Assembly (NCBI GenBank): GCA_964016885.1
Contig: OZ024743.1
Location: 35,898,001-35,962,000, forward strand
DNA length: 64,000 nucleotides
Reading direction: 5' to 3'
Origin: Eledone cirrhosa
Taxonomy: Eukaryota
Shown here: positions 52,116-64,000 of the stretch, piece after piece
Position numbering within the stretch: position 1 is the first letter of the stretch
How the letters are laid out: each line of letters starts with the position of its first letter
Translations under genes and position numbers: made by a program
Notes under the pieces: model-generated
Databases searched by the model: none
What the model was told of the DNA's origin: nothing
The model's input: only the letters and a program-made list of their open reading frames with translations

Positions 52116-55100
52116 GATTTCATTTATTAGCCACAAGGGCCGACATGTAGGGGACAATACAAAGACAGGGACAGTGGGGTTTACAATAAGGTCGAGTAAA
52201 GGTGCACAATGGCAAGACTAATTTAACAATGAAAATATAAAAATATAAAATAAACTATGCATAAATATAACAAAACAAATTCCCCGATAGGGGGTGGACG
52301 ACCCTGGGGTGACTCGGGTACCCCACTAATCCTGAACCACCCTGCGCTTCTAGGGCACCCAGGGAGAGCACTCCTCTCCTCAAGTTAGCTAGCCTATAGG
52401 CGCATGGTCAGAGTAGGCCCATTCACACGAGCCATTCTCGCCACATTCACCCACCTTTTAGAAAATGTACTGGGGGGCAGCACTTCTCTCTCCACCCTCA
52501 CCTTCCTTTCCACTTGAAACTTGAAGAAGTTGATGAGGGATTGGCCGAAGAGAAAAGTGTCTGTCTTCAGTCCTTTTAACCTGGTCCACCATACAACCTC
52601 TTTTGCAACTGCCACCAGACAGAGGACAATTTCCTGCTCTTCCTGACCTAAGGAAGGCGGCGGCTCGATCTTCACTATGGACTCGGCCGATAACCGGATT
52701 CGTTCCACACGCGACAGTAGCTGTTCGACATAACTCCACAAGTCAGTAGTGCACGGACATTGGACAAGTGCGTGCAGAACGGTTTCGTCGTTCTGTGCGC
52801 ATCTTGGGCAGGTCCGTCTGACAGCACTTCCGTGCCTGTAGAGTTTATCCCGAACCGGCAGTGCCCCCCGGTAGCACTGCCAAGCGAGGGATTTCTGGAA
52901 ATTGTCCATCGTCCCCGGCTCAAAAGTCTTCCGGTACAGACTGGTCAGTTCGACTTCGTCGAGGCCCAAAGCTTCTCCGAGTGCGTCATCGCACTTGCCC
53001 ACCACTAATCCTCTATAGAACTCGAGAGTGGAAGTTCCACTGATCGCATTGCCCGCTTGGTAGAGGGAAGTGAGTGCCTGGCAACATTCCAGGTGCCAGT
53101 CACCCAGTCTCGGTCTCTTCTTGACCCAGGACTGCAGCTCAGTCAAAGAAATGAGCTGCGGAAAGGCCCGTCTGATAAACGGCGACCACACCTGTTCACC
53201 GTTGAGGCAGAATATCTGGAGATGTCGCAGCCTCAACGCATGTCTGCGCATCATTAGCCACGGCATGCCCAGCCCTCCGCGTAGAGGGTACTGGCAGCAG
53301 ATGGACCGCCTCACCAACGGAACTTGTCCCCTCCACAAGAATTTGAAGAGGAGCCGTTCCAACTTGACGAGGCGCGGACGGGGGCAAGGCACGACGATCA
53401 GGCGGTAGTAGATGACGGACGCGATGTACGCATTCGCCACCTCCGCGCGACCTTTCAGTGATAGCTTTCTCTCAGCCCATTTTTGGGTGAGACTGGCTAC
53501 TCTGCTCGTTACCTCGTCCCAATTCTTTTCCACCTGGAGGTCTGGTCCGAACCAAACCCCGAGCAACTTTACCTATCCGTCCGTCCAGTGCCCCACGACG
53601 CTGTTGGACGGCATGGGCTTGCCTATCCAGGTTCCGAGCTGCAAGCGCACCGACTTTTCCGGGTTAAGTTTGGCTCCTGTCAATCTTTCATATTCCTTCA
53701 ATAAGGTGCCGACCACCTCGATTTCTGAGGTGTTCGACACCATCACGGTGATGTCGTCCGCATAAGCCGACACCGCCTTTCCACGTCTCGATTCGAGCGG
53801 GATGCCCTGCAACAGCTCCAGCTTCCACAGTAAAGGCTGGAGAGTCAATACGTACAGAAGGGAAGAGAGAGGGCACCCTTGACGGACCGATCGGGAGAGC
53901 CGAGAGGTGGCCATTAACCTTGACCACCGAGCGTGTGCCGCTGTGCATTGCAGCGATCCAGCTTCTAAAGACAGGGCCGAAGCCAGCTGCTTTGAGGACA
54001 AACTCCAGATACCGATGGTCGACCCTATCGAATGCTTTCGATTGATCTAAATTGATCAGTGCTCCACCGAAGCCAGGTTTACACCCTACCCTCTCTATGA
54101 TGTATCGCATGAGGTGGAGATTGTCGTGTATGGACCTGGCTGGGATTGCGCAAGTTTGCGCCTCCCCAACCAAATCCTCGACGACAAGCGCCAATATCTT
54201 TGCTAACAATCTTAAACTCTGTGTTGAGCAGAGTTATGGACCTGAAGTTGTCTAATGTATCCCTCTTGTTCTCGTCTTTCCTTATCAGCGTCACCACTCC
54301 CCTGCTCACAGAACTGGGAATACTCCCATTCTGCTGCCAGTTGCAGTAGAGTGCTTCGAGGACTTCGGAGAACAAGTCTGGCATATTTATGTAAAACTCG
54401 TAGAGCAGGCCATCCAAACCGGGTGACGTGCGCCTCATGCAGCCGACAAGGGCGTCCTGAATTTCGGCTGAAGTAATCGGCCTTTCGCAGCGCTCAGCGT
54501 CGACCGTCGAGATGCGCGGTAGGCCGTCAAGGTAGGGACTGAAATTCACTAGTCTCTCTGACTCGCCACTCTCCCCGAACAACGGAGCAAAGTGCTGGCG
54601 AAAGGCCTCACACATCCGCTTGGAATCGCTTATCTCGTGTCCGTCTCGGTCCGCCAAAGACCGAATTGTGGTTTTATTACCACGCTGCGCCTCCGCCACG
54701 CGGGCCCATCGAACAGCTTTGGTTCCCTCGTTTCTCAGCGCACGCGCCTTAGCTCTGACAATGCAACCTTCGTGTTTGGCATTGAAGAAATGGTCTAATG
54801 CCATTCTCGCCGCTAGCACGTCAGTTGCAATGCCACTACAAATACCCTCGTCTAACTTATCTACCAGCTCCCCCTCCTTTCTATTTTTCTCTAACGCTAG
54901 TTCTTTGCTGAACTCTATCGAAGTTACTCTAATCTCTCTTTTGAGAGCCCCCCCACTATCTGTTGTTGATGATCCCCCCTGTCAACTTTTGCTTAACTAA
55001 ATTGTTGACTCGGTCCCTGTAAGCCTGACGTGCCGGAAATGACATGTTCAGCTTCCAGTAATCCAGTCCTAACCTACGCGTTTTATTTAGGTCGACCGTA

Positions 55101-56361
55101 CAGATCACAAATTTGTGATCTGAATAGGCGACCGTTTTAAAAAGTGGGCAGCCCACACTATTTCTATCTATTTTCCTAATGAAGATCCTGTCTATATACG
55201 ATCTAGACGACCCCATTCGGTTGGTCCATGTCCATACTGGCACATTGGGGAAATCTAGTCGATACCTGTCAGACAGTTGGAACTGGCTGAGTAGGTGCTT
55301 GAGGCTTTTGCACCCCCCGCTCCTATCGGCTACTCCCACAAAATCCCAGCGTGCGTCTAAGATGCCATTCCAGTCCCCTGCTAACAGTAAAGGGAGAGAC
55401 GTACCCAGAAAGGTCTCCAGGCGCCTAAAGAAGTCCGGTCGTCCGGCCCCTGTAGGGGCGTAGACGGCCAGCAGTCTAAAGGCACCACCTTCGCTACTGC
55501 TCACATCCAAGACCACCAACTTACCGTCCGGGTCCCGGAAGATCGACCTTACCTCGAGATCCAGTCCTTTCCTAAACAGCACTTCCACCCCACCCCCATT
55601 CCTGGCCTGCTAACAGATGCGAAGATCTGATAGTCGTCGAAAATGGGGGCTAGTGCGCGCGTGTCGGAAATTCTGGTCTCGCTGACGGCAATCACATCCA
55701 TTTCCAGCGACCTGAGGTCGTTGAGCAGGCGACCCTGCTTCCAGGGTGACCCCAGGCCGCGAACATTTAAACTTCCTACTCTTAATATGGCCATATTGGT
55801 AAGCTAAGAGAGAGAGGGAAGGTTTATTTACCTCCCGGGGTCTTGTGAAGGTCGGGTGGTTCGACCTCCATGGCTGGTGGGGTTTCTTTTGGGAACCCCT
55901 TTAAAAGTCTTGATGTGGGTTTCACATTCGGGGTTCCCACGTCTTGAGGAAAGCTCTCTCGAATTTCTTTGAAGGAATTGAGTGACATTCGGACCAGAAG
56001 CAAATCTTCTGACCAAAATGTGCTCATTTCAAAAATCTCCCCCTCTGTTTGAATGTCCTCGCTTCGTGCTAAGAGGGCCACAGTTTATCGTTGGCCCTTC
56101 TCACAAGCATGAAGTTTTTAACATTTTGTTGGTGTGGTTTTATTTGTTTTCGTTTTGGTGACTGTGGTGGCGATGGTTTTGGTGGTGTTGTTTCGGGTAT
56201 GTCTGTGTTGTAGGTGTGGTGTCTGCAATTTCAGGTATTTGTGTGTTTATTTGTGCTTTTGTTTGTTTAGGTTGTTTGCGTTTCGGGGATTGTGAAGGTG
56301 TTGTCGATGTTGCTGATGGTGATGATGTTATTGGGGGCGTGTTTGCGTTAGTGGTGTCTGT
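52116..56361 (-). mobile_element. Tx1/L1-clade LINE, multiply frameshifted ORF2 plus ORF1 remnant
   Basis: APE: SLNVRGL, SETR, AVYAP, LAGDWN, SYIDRIF, SDH; RT: [32 protein letters not shown]; LSLKGR, GGLG, CPRC..ETVLHALVQC; AATAAA then (ATT)n tail. Confidence 0.93.
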
Positions 56362-56477
56362 ATAATAATAATAATAACAACAATAATAACGACAACAACA
56401 ACAATAATAATATATATATAAATATATATATACACACACACGCACACACATAAGCATATCTACACACACACACACAC

Positions 56478-59063
56478 GATAGCAACTAACAGCGCTGCGA
56501 TCGAATGTGGCTTTTTAGCCCAGCCAATGATCTAAAATGTCTTGCACAGAGTCGGCAACCAAAACTTTCACTGGGAATAGTCGGCTGTGGTTGGAGTTCG
56601 TGTACTTTTGCATGTCGCTTGAGCCCTCCTGCTGATTTACATTCTCTACCACATGTTTGGCAAGCATGATGAGTAGCATCTCCAACAGCAGCCTGGTAGT
56701 CAACCACTGGTCTTACTTTATGACTGCGAAGATGATTTTCGAGTCCAGCTTTGCTTAGGCAGAGTCTCGCACAGACGCTGCATGTCAGCACCATAGGAGG
56801 ACCCTCGCCGTCTGGAAGTGCAACAGCAATGCCCTTCCTCACATCCCGCTTTACTTTCTCGTATGCGATTCGAGATGCCTCAAATACAGTCTTTCTCCAT
56901 TTATTACGATCAGCAGCAATATTTTCCCATGTATCAGCAGAGATGTTAGCGTCTTTCAAAGAGGCTTTCAAGGAATCCTTATACCTCTTTTTTGGTTTAT
57001 GTGGCGGTCGTTTTCCTTTAACCAACTCTCCATAAACGAGTTGTTTTGGTATTCTAGAATCCTTCATCCTGGCAGAGTGACCACTCCAACGGAGTCGTTG
57101 CTTAAGCACAAGAGCTTCGATACTGTCACACATAGAGCTTTCCAAAATCTCGACATCACTGATGTGGTCCCTCCAGTGAACTCCATGGATCCGTCTGAGA
57201 CACATCTGATGGACACGCTCCAATTGCTTAAGGTGGTGTCGATATGTGACCCAGGTCTCGCAGGCATAAAGAAGACAAGAGAGCACACATGCCTTGTAGA
57301 CCTTTACCTTTGTCCTCCTGCATATGTCTCGCCGACCCCAGAGTCGCCTTTCTAGCTTTCCGAAAGTATCACTTGCTTTCCTAATCCTATGTGAGATTTC
57401 ACTGTCAAGGTTGCTGTATCGATTGACAGTGCTTCCCAGGTAGACAAACTGATCAACCACTCCAAGTCGTTTACCATACACATAGATATTTGGTTCACTG
57501 TACTGCTTACCAGGGGCAGGTTGGTACATGACGACGGTTTTCTTGAGACTGACAGTCAATCCTAGGGCAGTGCAAGCGTCAGAAAATGCATTCAAAATGT
57601 GTTGCATATCACTCTCTGTGTGCGCTACAAGATCGCAATCATATGCATACAAGAGGTCTCTTATGATTGATGTAAATACTTTTGTCTTTGCAGCAAAGCG
57701 CCTGATGTTAAATATGCTGCCTGAGGTTCGATATCGTATGTAAACACCATGCTCGCAATTCCTGAATGCAATACAGAAAACCATTGCAAAGTACATGGCA
57801 AACAGGGTCGGTGCTGGAATATCCCCCTGTTTCACTCCATTTTTTACTGAGATAGGCTCCGACATGTTACCTCCGACATTAACCCAAGCCTTCATGTCGT
57901 CATGGAAAGACCTAACTAAAGCAAGGAACTTATCAGAGCAACCAAGTTTCTGGAGAACCTTCCACAATGCATCTCTGTTAACAGTATCGAAGGCTTTTGT
58001 CAGATCGACAAAAACCTGATACAGATCCAAACCTTGTTCCATGCACTTCTCCTGGAGCTGTCTAGCTGAGAAGATCATATCAGTAGTGCCGCGTCCAGCA
58101 CGAAAACCAGATTGACTTTCAGGAAGAAGACAATCTGCAATGTGTGTCAGCAGACGGTCCAGAAGCACCCTACATAAAACTTTCCCTACGACAGAAAGCA
58201 ATGATATACCTCTGTAGTTCCCACAATCATTCCTGTTACCTTTTCCCTTGTACAAGACCACCATTACTGCATCTCGTCAGTCCTCAGGTACGGATTCATT
58301 AGCCCATATCCAGCCAAACAAAGAGTGAAGATGTTGCAGGAGTCTCTCACCACCATATTGTAGGAGCTCAGCATGTATGCCATCCATAGCTGGAGACCTT
58401 CCACTGTTCAGCTTCGAGATAGCCACTGCAACCTCCACAAGCGTCGGAGGTTCTGCGAGAGCTACTTTCACAGGACTTTCTGGAATGAGACTGAGGAAAT
58501 CTTCACTGACGACAGACGGCTGATTCAAAAGATCATCAAAGTGTTCTCGCCACCTTCGTAGAATTCCTTGTGAGTCACGAAGAAGTTCTCTGCCATCCTT
58601 GCTGCGAAGCGGTGTCACCAGAGAAGAAGACGGTCCATAAACCTCACGCAAGAGACTGTACAACAGCCTTGTGTTATTGGAATCTGACGCAGTTTGTATC
58701 TCACCAGCCTTCTCACTCCACCACTGATCCTTCATCTGAGAAAGATTCCGCCTAACACGTGATTTTACATCCTTGAGTTCCTCATGCAACGTATTCCTCT
58801 CCTGTGGTTTTGCCGTCAAGTAGCGTGACAGAGCACGCCTCTTATCAGCCAACAAGTCTTCTATATGTACATCATTCTCATTAAACCAGTCCTGATGTTT
58901 TCTCTGCACCAATCCCAGAACACGCCTACCTACATCACAAACCGACGTTTTAAGGGTCGGCCAATCCTCACCAAGATCTGCAGCCTGCATCTCTTCTTCC
59001 AATGTCCTCTTCACATTTTTATCCTTAAGACGAGCAGCATTCAACCTTTTAGGCAGGGCAACA
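56478..59063 (-). mobile_element. RTE (BovB-like) LINE lacking the APE domain; ORF pieces 58277-59044 and 56486-58264
   Basis: HQDWF, NYRGISLLS, ESQSGFR, FVDLTKAFD, GVKQG, YAYD (catalytic YADD mutated), LLYACETW, LRWSGH, three C-terminal C2H2 fingers. Confidence 0.93.
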
Positions 59064-59253
59064 CCGTGAAGCTTTTATAGTGAGCAAAGGCACTGCACAA
59101 AGCCAGTCCCACTCTCTTAACCAAGATGATATTTACCAAAAAGAAGAACAAATCAACATCATTGGATACCATCAGGGTTGCAGGTGTTATATAAGAGTTT
59201 TCCTTCTCCTAGAATTCTGCCTTGACAAAGGCTAAGGGGTCATCTCTCTCCGG
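59064..59253 (-). mobile_element. Family F 5'-half segment fused to the RTE ORF
   Basis: Nearly identical to 23594-23782 and 43339-43527. Confidence 0.85.
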
Positions 59254-59257
59254 AAGA

Positions 59258-59652
59258 TATATATATATATATACATATATATATCCACACATATATACAT
59301 ACATATACATATACACATATATATACATATATATATACACATATACATATATATATACATATATATACACATATATATATACATATATATACATATATAT
59401 ATACATATATATACATATACACACATATACACATATATATACACACATATACATACACATATACACACACATACATATATATACACACACATATATATAT
59501 ACATATATATACATATATATATACACACATACATATACATATACACATACATATACATACACATATACATATACATATATATACATACATATATATATAT
59601 ACATATACATATACATATACATATATATATATATATATACATATATATATAC

Positions 59653-59683
<31 letters not shown>

Positions 59684-59992
59684 CATACATATACACATAT
59701 ATATATATATAAATATAAATATATATATATACACACACACATATATATATATATATACATTCATATATACATATACATACATATACATATACACATATAC
59801 ATATATATACATACATATACATATATACACACACACATATATATATATATATACATATATACATACACACACATACACATACATATATATATATACATAT
59901 ACATACATATATATATACATATACATACACACATATATATATATATATATATACATATACATACATATATATATACATATACATACACATAT

Positions 59993-60026
<34 letters not shown>

Positions 60027-60100
60027 ATACACATATACATACATATACACATATACATACATATATACATACATACATACATACATATATACATACATAC

Positions 60101-60133
<33 letters not shown>

Positions 60134-60216
60134 CACACATATATATATACATATATATACACATATATATATATACACATATATATATACACATATATAT
60201 ATACACATATATATAT
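59258..60216. repeat. Complex (TA)/(TACA) microsatellite
   Basis: Direct reading. Confidence 0.95.
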
Positions 60217-60302
60217 AACTTTGAATAACTTTGAAATGTTTTGGCCAGTATTGGCCCAGGCCATGTCTAACTTAATAGCACCACCTGGCGAAGTCTTTCA
60301 AT

Positions 60303-63300
60303 TCAGGATTTGGGCACCATGGCCCATTCGAGAAGAGAATTACTGTTTGCGGAGACATATCCGGGTGTGGGTGGTTTGTCCGGGATTTCTTGGAGGAATT
60401 TGTCCAAAGACTTCTTGAATTTTGTGTGGTCAGTTTCTGTTTTGACGTGTCCTGGTGTGATGTTGAAGAGAGCAGGGCCAATTGAGGTGAAATAATTGTG
60501 CCGTATTGTTGTTATGAGTTGCGATTTAGATTTTTGTATGGGACGGATAGCACGGGGCCCAAGCCTTGGGTGTAATTTGAAGGCGATGCCAACATCATTT
60601 GGGCAGTGATGATGGAACATTTTCCACATCATGCAGATAATATAACGCTCACGGCGACGTTGGAGTGAGTAAAGTTTCAGCTTTTCTAGTCGACCCCAGT
60701 AGTCAAGGTCTGACATGCCATCTATCTTTTTCGTGATCGCCCTTTGAGGAGCTTCAAGTTTCATGATACTTTGTTTCGTGTGGGGAGACCACAGTGGACA
60801 ACAGTATTCAAGGTGTGGTCGGGCAAAAGTAGAGAAGAGAAGGATAATGGTGTGGGAATCTCTCGACTGGAAGGTTCTGAGGATCCAGGAACACATTCTG
60901 CGGGCCATGTCAACTTTGCTGCTTATATGCGTGGCCCAGCTTATGTTGTTCACGGTTACTCCCAAGTCTCTGATGTTGTTAGATGCCACGAGAGTTTCCC
61001 CGGAGGGAAGGGAGTACGGGAGTTTCAGAGCATCCTCTTTTCCAAAGTGGATCAGTTCGAATTTGTCTTCGTTCAGTAACATGTTGTTCTTTTCCGCCCA
61101 TTGGGTAACAGCCAGTAGGTCTGACTGAAGGCTCATCCGGTCATCCACGCCATTGATGACCTTTTGGAGCTTGGAATCATCAGCGAAAATTTTAATGTTG
61201 CTGTTTTTGATGATGTCAGTGATGTCATTAATATAGATGATGAAGAGAAGTGGGCCCAACACAGTGCCTTGTGGGACCCCACTACTGACTTTGGCTGGGC
61301 TGGATTTGACTCCTTCAACTACAACATGTTGGGTTCTGTTTGACAGGAAGCTCTTGATCCACTGCAGCAGCTTTCCAGTGACACCAATATTGGACAGTTT
61401 TCTCAGTAGAATGTTGTGATCAACCCTGTCAAAGGCCTTGCTGAAATCAAGGTAGATAACATCAGTGTTGGAACCCTCTCCCAAGGCTCTCAAAATGTCA
61501 TCAAAGTGATGCAGTAGCTGCGTCAGGCAATCCCTTCCATTACGGAATCCATGCTGGTTGGAGTTCAGCATATTGTTACTCTCAAGGAAGTGGGTCATTC
61601 GCGATCTCACCACTCTCTCAAATACCTTAATGATATGAGAGGTGAGTGAGATTGGACGGTAATTCACGGCAAGGGATTTGTTTCCTTTTTTGAAAACTGG
61701 GACAACAGACTGGGATAGAAGGTTTTCTGGCACATATCCAGCATCCAGTGAGTTCCGCCACAGATTGGCAAGAGGAGATGCAAGTTGGTGTTGAGACGAC
61801 TTCAAGACACAAGCAGGGAACCTATCGGGACCTACTGCTGAATTATGCTTGATTTCCTTTATTGCCGCTAAGACATCAGGGGCGCCAAACGTTATGTCCG
61901 ATAAGGTGTAATGGGGAGTAACATCGCCGATACAGCCCAGATCGGCCATATCAGGATTGCTGAAAACAGAGCAGTATTGTTTCTGCAGTATCTCACCCAT
62001 GGTTTTAGCATTGTCTTGAAGAGTGCCATTTTCATCAATTAGAGGGCCAACAGTAGGGCCAGTGATTTTGTGTTTTTTTGCAAATGAAAAGAACACTTTG
62101 GGATTGAGTTTGATCTTCTCAATGGCCCAGGCCTCTTCAGCTCTTCTCTGATTGTTGATGAGAGACATCATGTTGTTTTGGAGGTTATGTTTTTTAATCT
62201 CTAGTGATGAAATGGCAGTCAAGTTGATGTGTTGCTGCTGACAGTATTTCAGCTTGTTGATTTTTTTGTTCGTTCTCTTAATTTTCCTGATGAGCGTTTT
62301 TCTATTTCTAGGGATTCTGCTCTTAGATTTGTTTATAGTTCTTAATGGGGTGTGTTCTGCACATATGTTTGTAACAGTGTCCACAAATGTCTGCCAGGAC
62401 TTTTTGATGTTAGTGGGTGTATGAGTGTGCGTGAAGGACCAGTCGACATGTGCAAGATCATGACTGATTGCTTCCCAGTTTGCATTGTGGAAATCCATAG
62501 CGTCAAACGGATGGACAGGAGAGATGACATTGGGTTTGTATATTGGACGGTGGAATCTCAGATCACAGAGAACCATGTCATGATCAGAGAGTAGAGTTTT
62601 CTCCACTGCAATATTGTGGATATTGTCAGTGTGATTGCTGAAAATTAAGTCTAGGACGTTTTTGTGGCACCTCGTTGGTTCGAGCACCAGTTGGGATAGG
62701 AAGAAATCATCCATGAAGTCAAGAAGCGATTCCACTGCTTCCCTGTCAGAGGTTGAGGCAGAAGAACCTGGTGGCAGGCTGTTTGTGGACCAGTCAACTC
62801 CGGGGAGGTTGAAGTCCCCCATCATTAAGATGTTGTCAGGGTGACACTCTTGGATGAAACACTTTATGCTGTTGAGGCATTCCTTGAAGCATGGTACAGG
62901 CGTTTGGGGTGGCCTATAGAGCCCAACTACTATTAGGTTGTTGGTTTGACTGAATACAGTGACTGCTTCGCAGTATCCATTAGTGAATATGTTCATAGCC
63001 TCTGTTGAGAAAGAATTATGGACATAAATGGCAGTCCCGCCCTTTCTTCTGCCAGCGCGATCAGCACGGATGGCTTTGAAATTTTTCACTTTCACCTCGG
63101 CTTCCAAGTGGAGGTTACTGAGATGGGTTTCAGTGAGGACGAAGAAAGGGATGTGGTTTGGATGGACATCAATCCAGTCCTCCAGGAATTTGATCTTCCA
63201 TTTTTGAGTATTGGTGGAAGGGCTGATGCCTTGGGCGTTAAGCAAAAATGTAGAGGCGAGAGTGGATGGTTTTAATTGTTTTGGTGTGTTGTTAATTTGT

Positions 63301-63320
63301 TTGTTTGTTAATTGCAGCAA
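60303..63320 (-). CDS. LINE ORF2: apurinic-like endonuclease plus reverse transcriptase, uninterrupted, no upstream ATG
   Basis: LLNAQG, LTETHL, RADR..GG, LYRPP, MGDFN, LDLIF, SDH; complete RT motifs including FADD; frame open back to ~63438. Confidence 0.9.
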   Translation of the reverse strand: MLQLTNKQINNTPKQLKPSTLASTFLLNAQGISPSTNTQKWKIKFLEDWIDVHPNHIPFFVLTETHLSNLHLEAEVKVKNFKAIRADRAGRRKGGTAIYVHNSFSTEAMNIFTNGYCEAVTVFSQTNNLIVVGLYRPPQTPVPCFKECLNSIKCFIQECHPDNILMMGDFNLPGVDWSTNSLPPGSSASTSDREAVESLLDFMDDFFLSQLVLEPTRCHKNVLDLIFSNHTDNIHNIAVEKTLLSDHDMVLCDLRFHRPIYKPNVISPVHPFDAMDFHNANWEAISHDLAHVDWSFTHTHTPTNIKKSWQTFVDTVTNICAEHTPLRTINKSKSRIPRNRKTLIRKIKRTNKKINKLKYCQQQHINLTAISSLEIKKHNLQNNMMSLINNQRRAEEAWAIEKIKLNPKVFFSFAKKHKITGPTVGPLIDENGTLQDNAKTMGEILQKQYCSVFSNPDMADLGCIGDVTPHYTLSDITFGAPDVLAAIKEIKHNSAVGPDRFPACVLKSSQHQLASPLANLWRNSLDAGYVPENLLSQSVVPVFKKGNKSLAVNYRPISLTSHIIKVFERVVRSRMTHFLESNNMLNSNQHGFRNGRDCLTQLLHHFDDILRALGEGSNTDVIYLDFSKAFDRVDHNILLRKLSNIGVTGKLLQWIKSFLSNRTQHVVVEGVKSSPAKVSSGVPQGTVLGPLLFIIYINDITDIIKNSNIKIFADDSKLQKVINGVDDRMSLQSDLLAVTQWAEKNNMLLNEDKFELIHFGKEDALKLPYSLPSGETLVASNNIRDLGVTVNNISWATHISSKVDMARRMCSWILRTFQSRDSHTIILLFSTFARPHLEYCCPLWSPHTKQSIMKLEAPQRAITKKIDGMSDLDYWGRLEKLKLYSLQRRRERYIICMMWKMFHHHCPNDVGIAFKLHPRLGPRAIRPIQKSKSQLITTIRHNYFTSIGPALFNITPGHVKTETDHTKFKKSLDKFLQEIPDKPPTPGYVSANSNSLLEWAMVPKS

Positions 63321-63782
63321 TGTGAGTTTGTGCAGTGGGGTGATAGTGGAGGGTGGTGCTGGGTGATAGCTCGAATGTTTTTTTCCAGTTCTTTTGCCAG
63401 ATTCATTATGGCTAAAAAAGAGGAAGAAGTTTCCTGTTTAGAAGACTGTTGGTGACTGTGGTAGTGGATATTTTTATGTAGGTTATGGTTTTTCTTTTTG
63501 CTTTTATTTTTAATTTTATTTTCATTTGTCCGACGGGTCCCCGGAAGATGGGTAAAGGGACAATCCCGGTCTAAACACAATCTGTCTCGCAGGGAAAAGC
63601 GGCAGATTTGTGGATTGTTTGAGTTATTGGTGGTTGTGTTGGTGTTAAATTAGAGTATGTATTATGGTGGTGGCTGTTTGTGGGGATAGACCGTTTTGTC
63701 CTAGGTAAATGGTTGAATTTGCAGCCACTATCCATACATATTCTATAGCGTAGAGAGTAGCGGCAAATGATGGGGTTTCGAG
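63308..63782 (-). pseudogene. LINE ORF1 C-terminal part with two CCCH zinc fingers (one frameshift, 5'-truncated)
   Basis: [19 protein letters not shown] and [19 protein letters not shown] (C-x8-C-x4-C-x3-H), each followed by LP.T.R. Confidence 0.8.
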
Positions 63783-63827
63783 TATATACATATATATATA
63801 CACATATATATACACATATATATACAC

Positions 63828-63860
<33 letters not shown>

Positions 63861-64000
63861 CATACACATATATATATATACATATATATATACACATATA
63901 TATATATATACATATATATATACACACATATATACGAATATATGTATATATATACATATATATATATATATACATATATATATACATATATATATACATA

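Larger units (their letters stand above)
60217..63782 (-). mobile_element. CR1-group LINE, nearly full length
   Basis: ORF1 3' part, ORF2 and short 3' UTR ending in a repeated TTCAAAGTTA tail. Confidence 0.95.

Noticed and set aside
59209-60418. Long YI/HT-rich ORFs (also many similar ones across the window)
   Set aside because: TA/CA/TACA microsatellite translation

Overview
Eukaryotic, AT-rich, repeat-saturated intergenic or intronic DNA. It is probably from an octopod cephalopod, judged from recalled resemblance of the dispersed SINEs to Octopus families; no database search was run. No host protein-coding gene can be supported, and most ORFs in the track are microsatellite read-through. 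The real coding content is retrotransposon-derived: three Penelope-like elements (PLEs), two CR1-group LINE copies (one with an uninterrupted 1005-aa APE-RT ORF2), an R4/Dong element, a Tx1/L1 element, two RTE-group elements and several CRE-like endonuclease fragments. There are also SINEs, a bipartite RTE-derived non-autonomous family, MITEs and 79-bp, 27-bp and 12/15-bp tandem arrays. Reading the non-coding parts by eye reveals about 15 type I hammerhead ribozyme (HHR) motifs in PLE pseudo-LTRs. Two unrelated families carry a compensatory U3-A8 core (UUGAUAA), and others have greatly expanded domain II. Other notable observations: a candidate -1 ribosomal frameshift joining a CCCH-finger ORF1 to an ATG-less ORF2 in the CR1 element, microsatellite-specific insertion by several LINE families, and recurrent fold-back duplications centred on (TA)n tracts.
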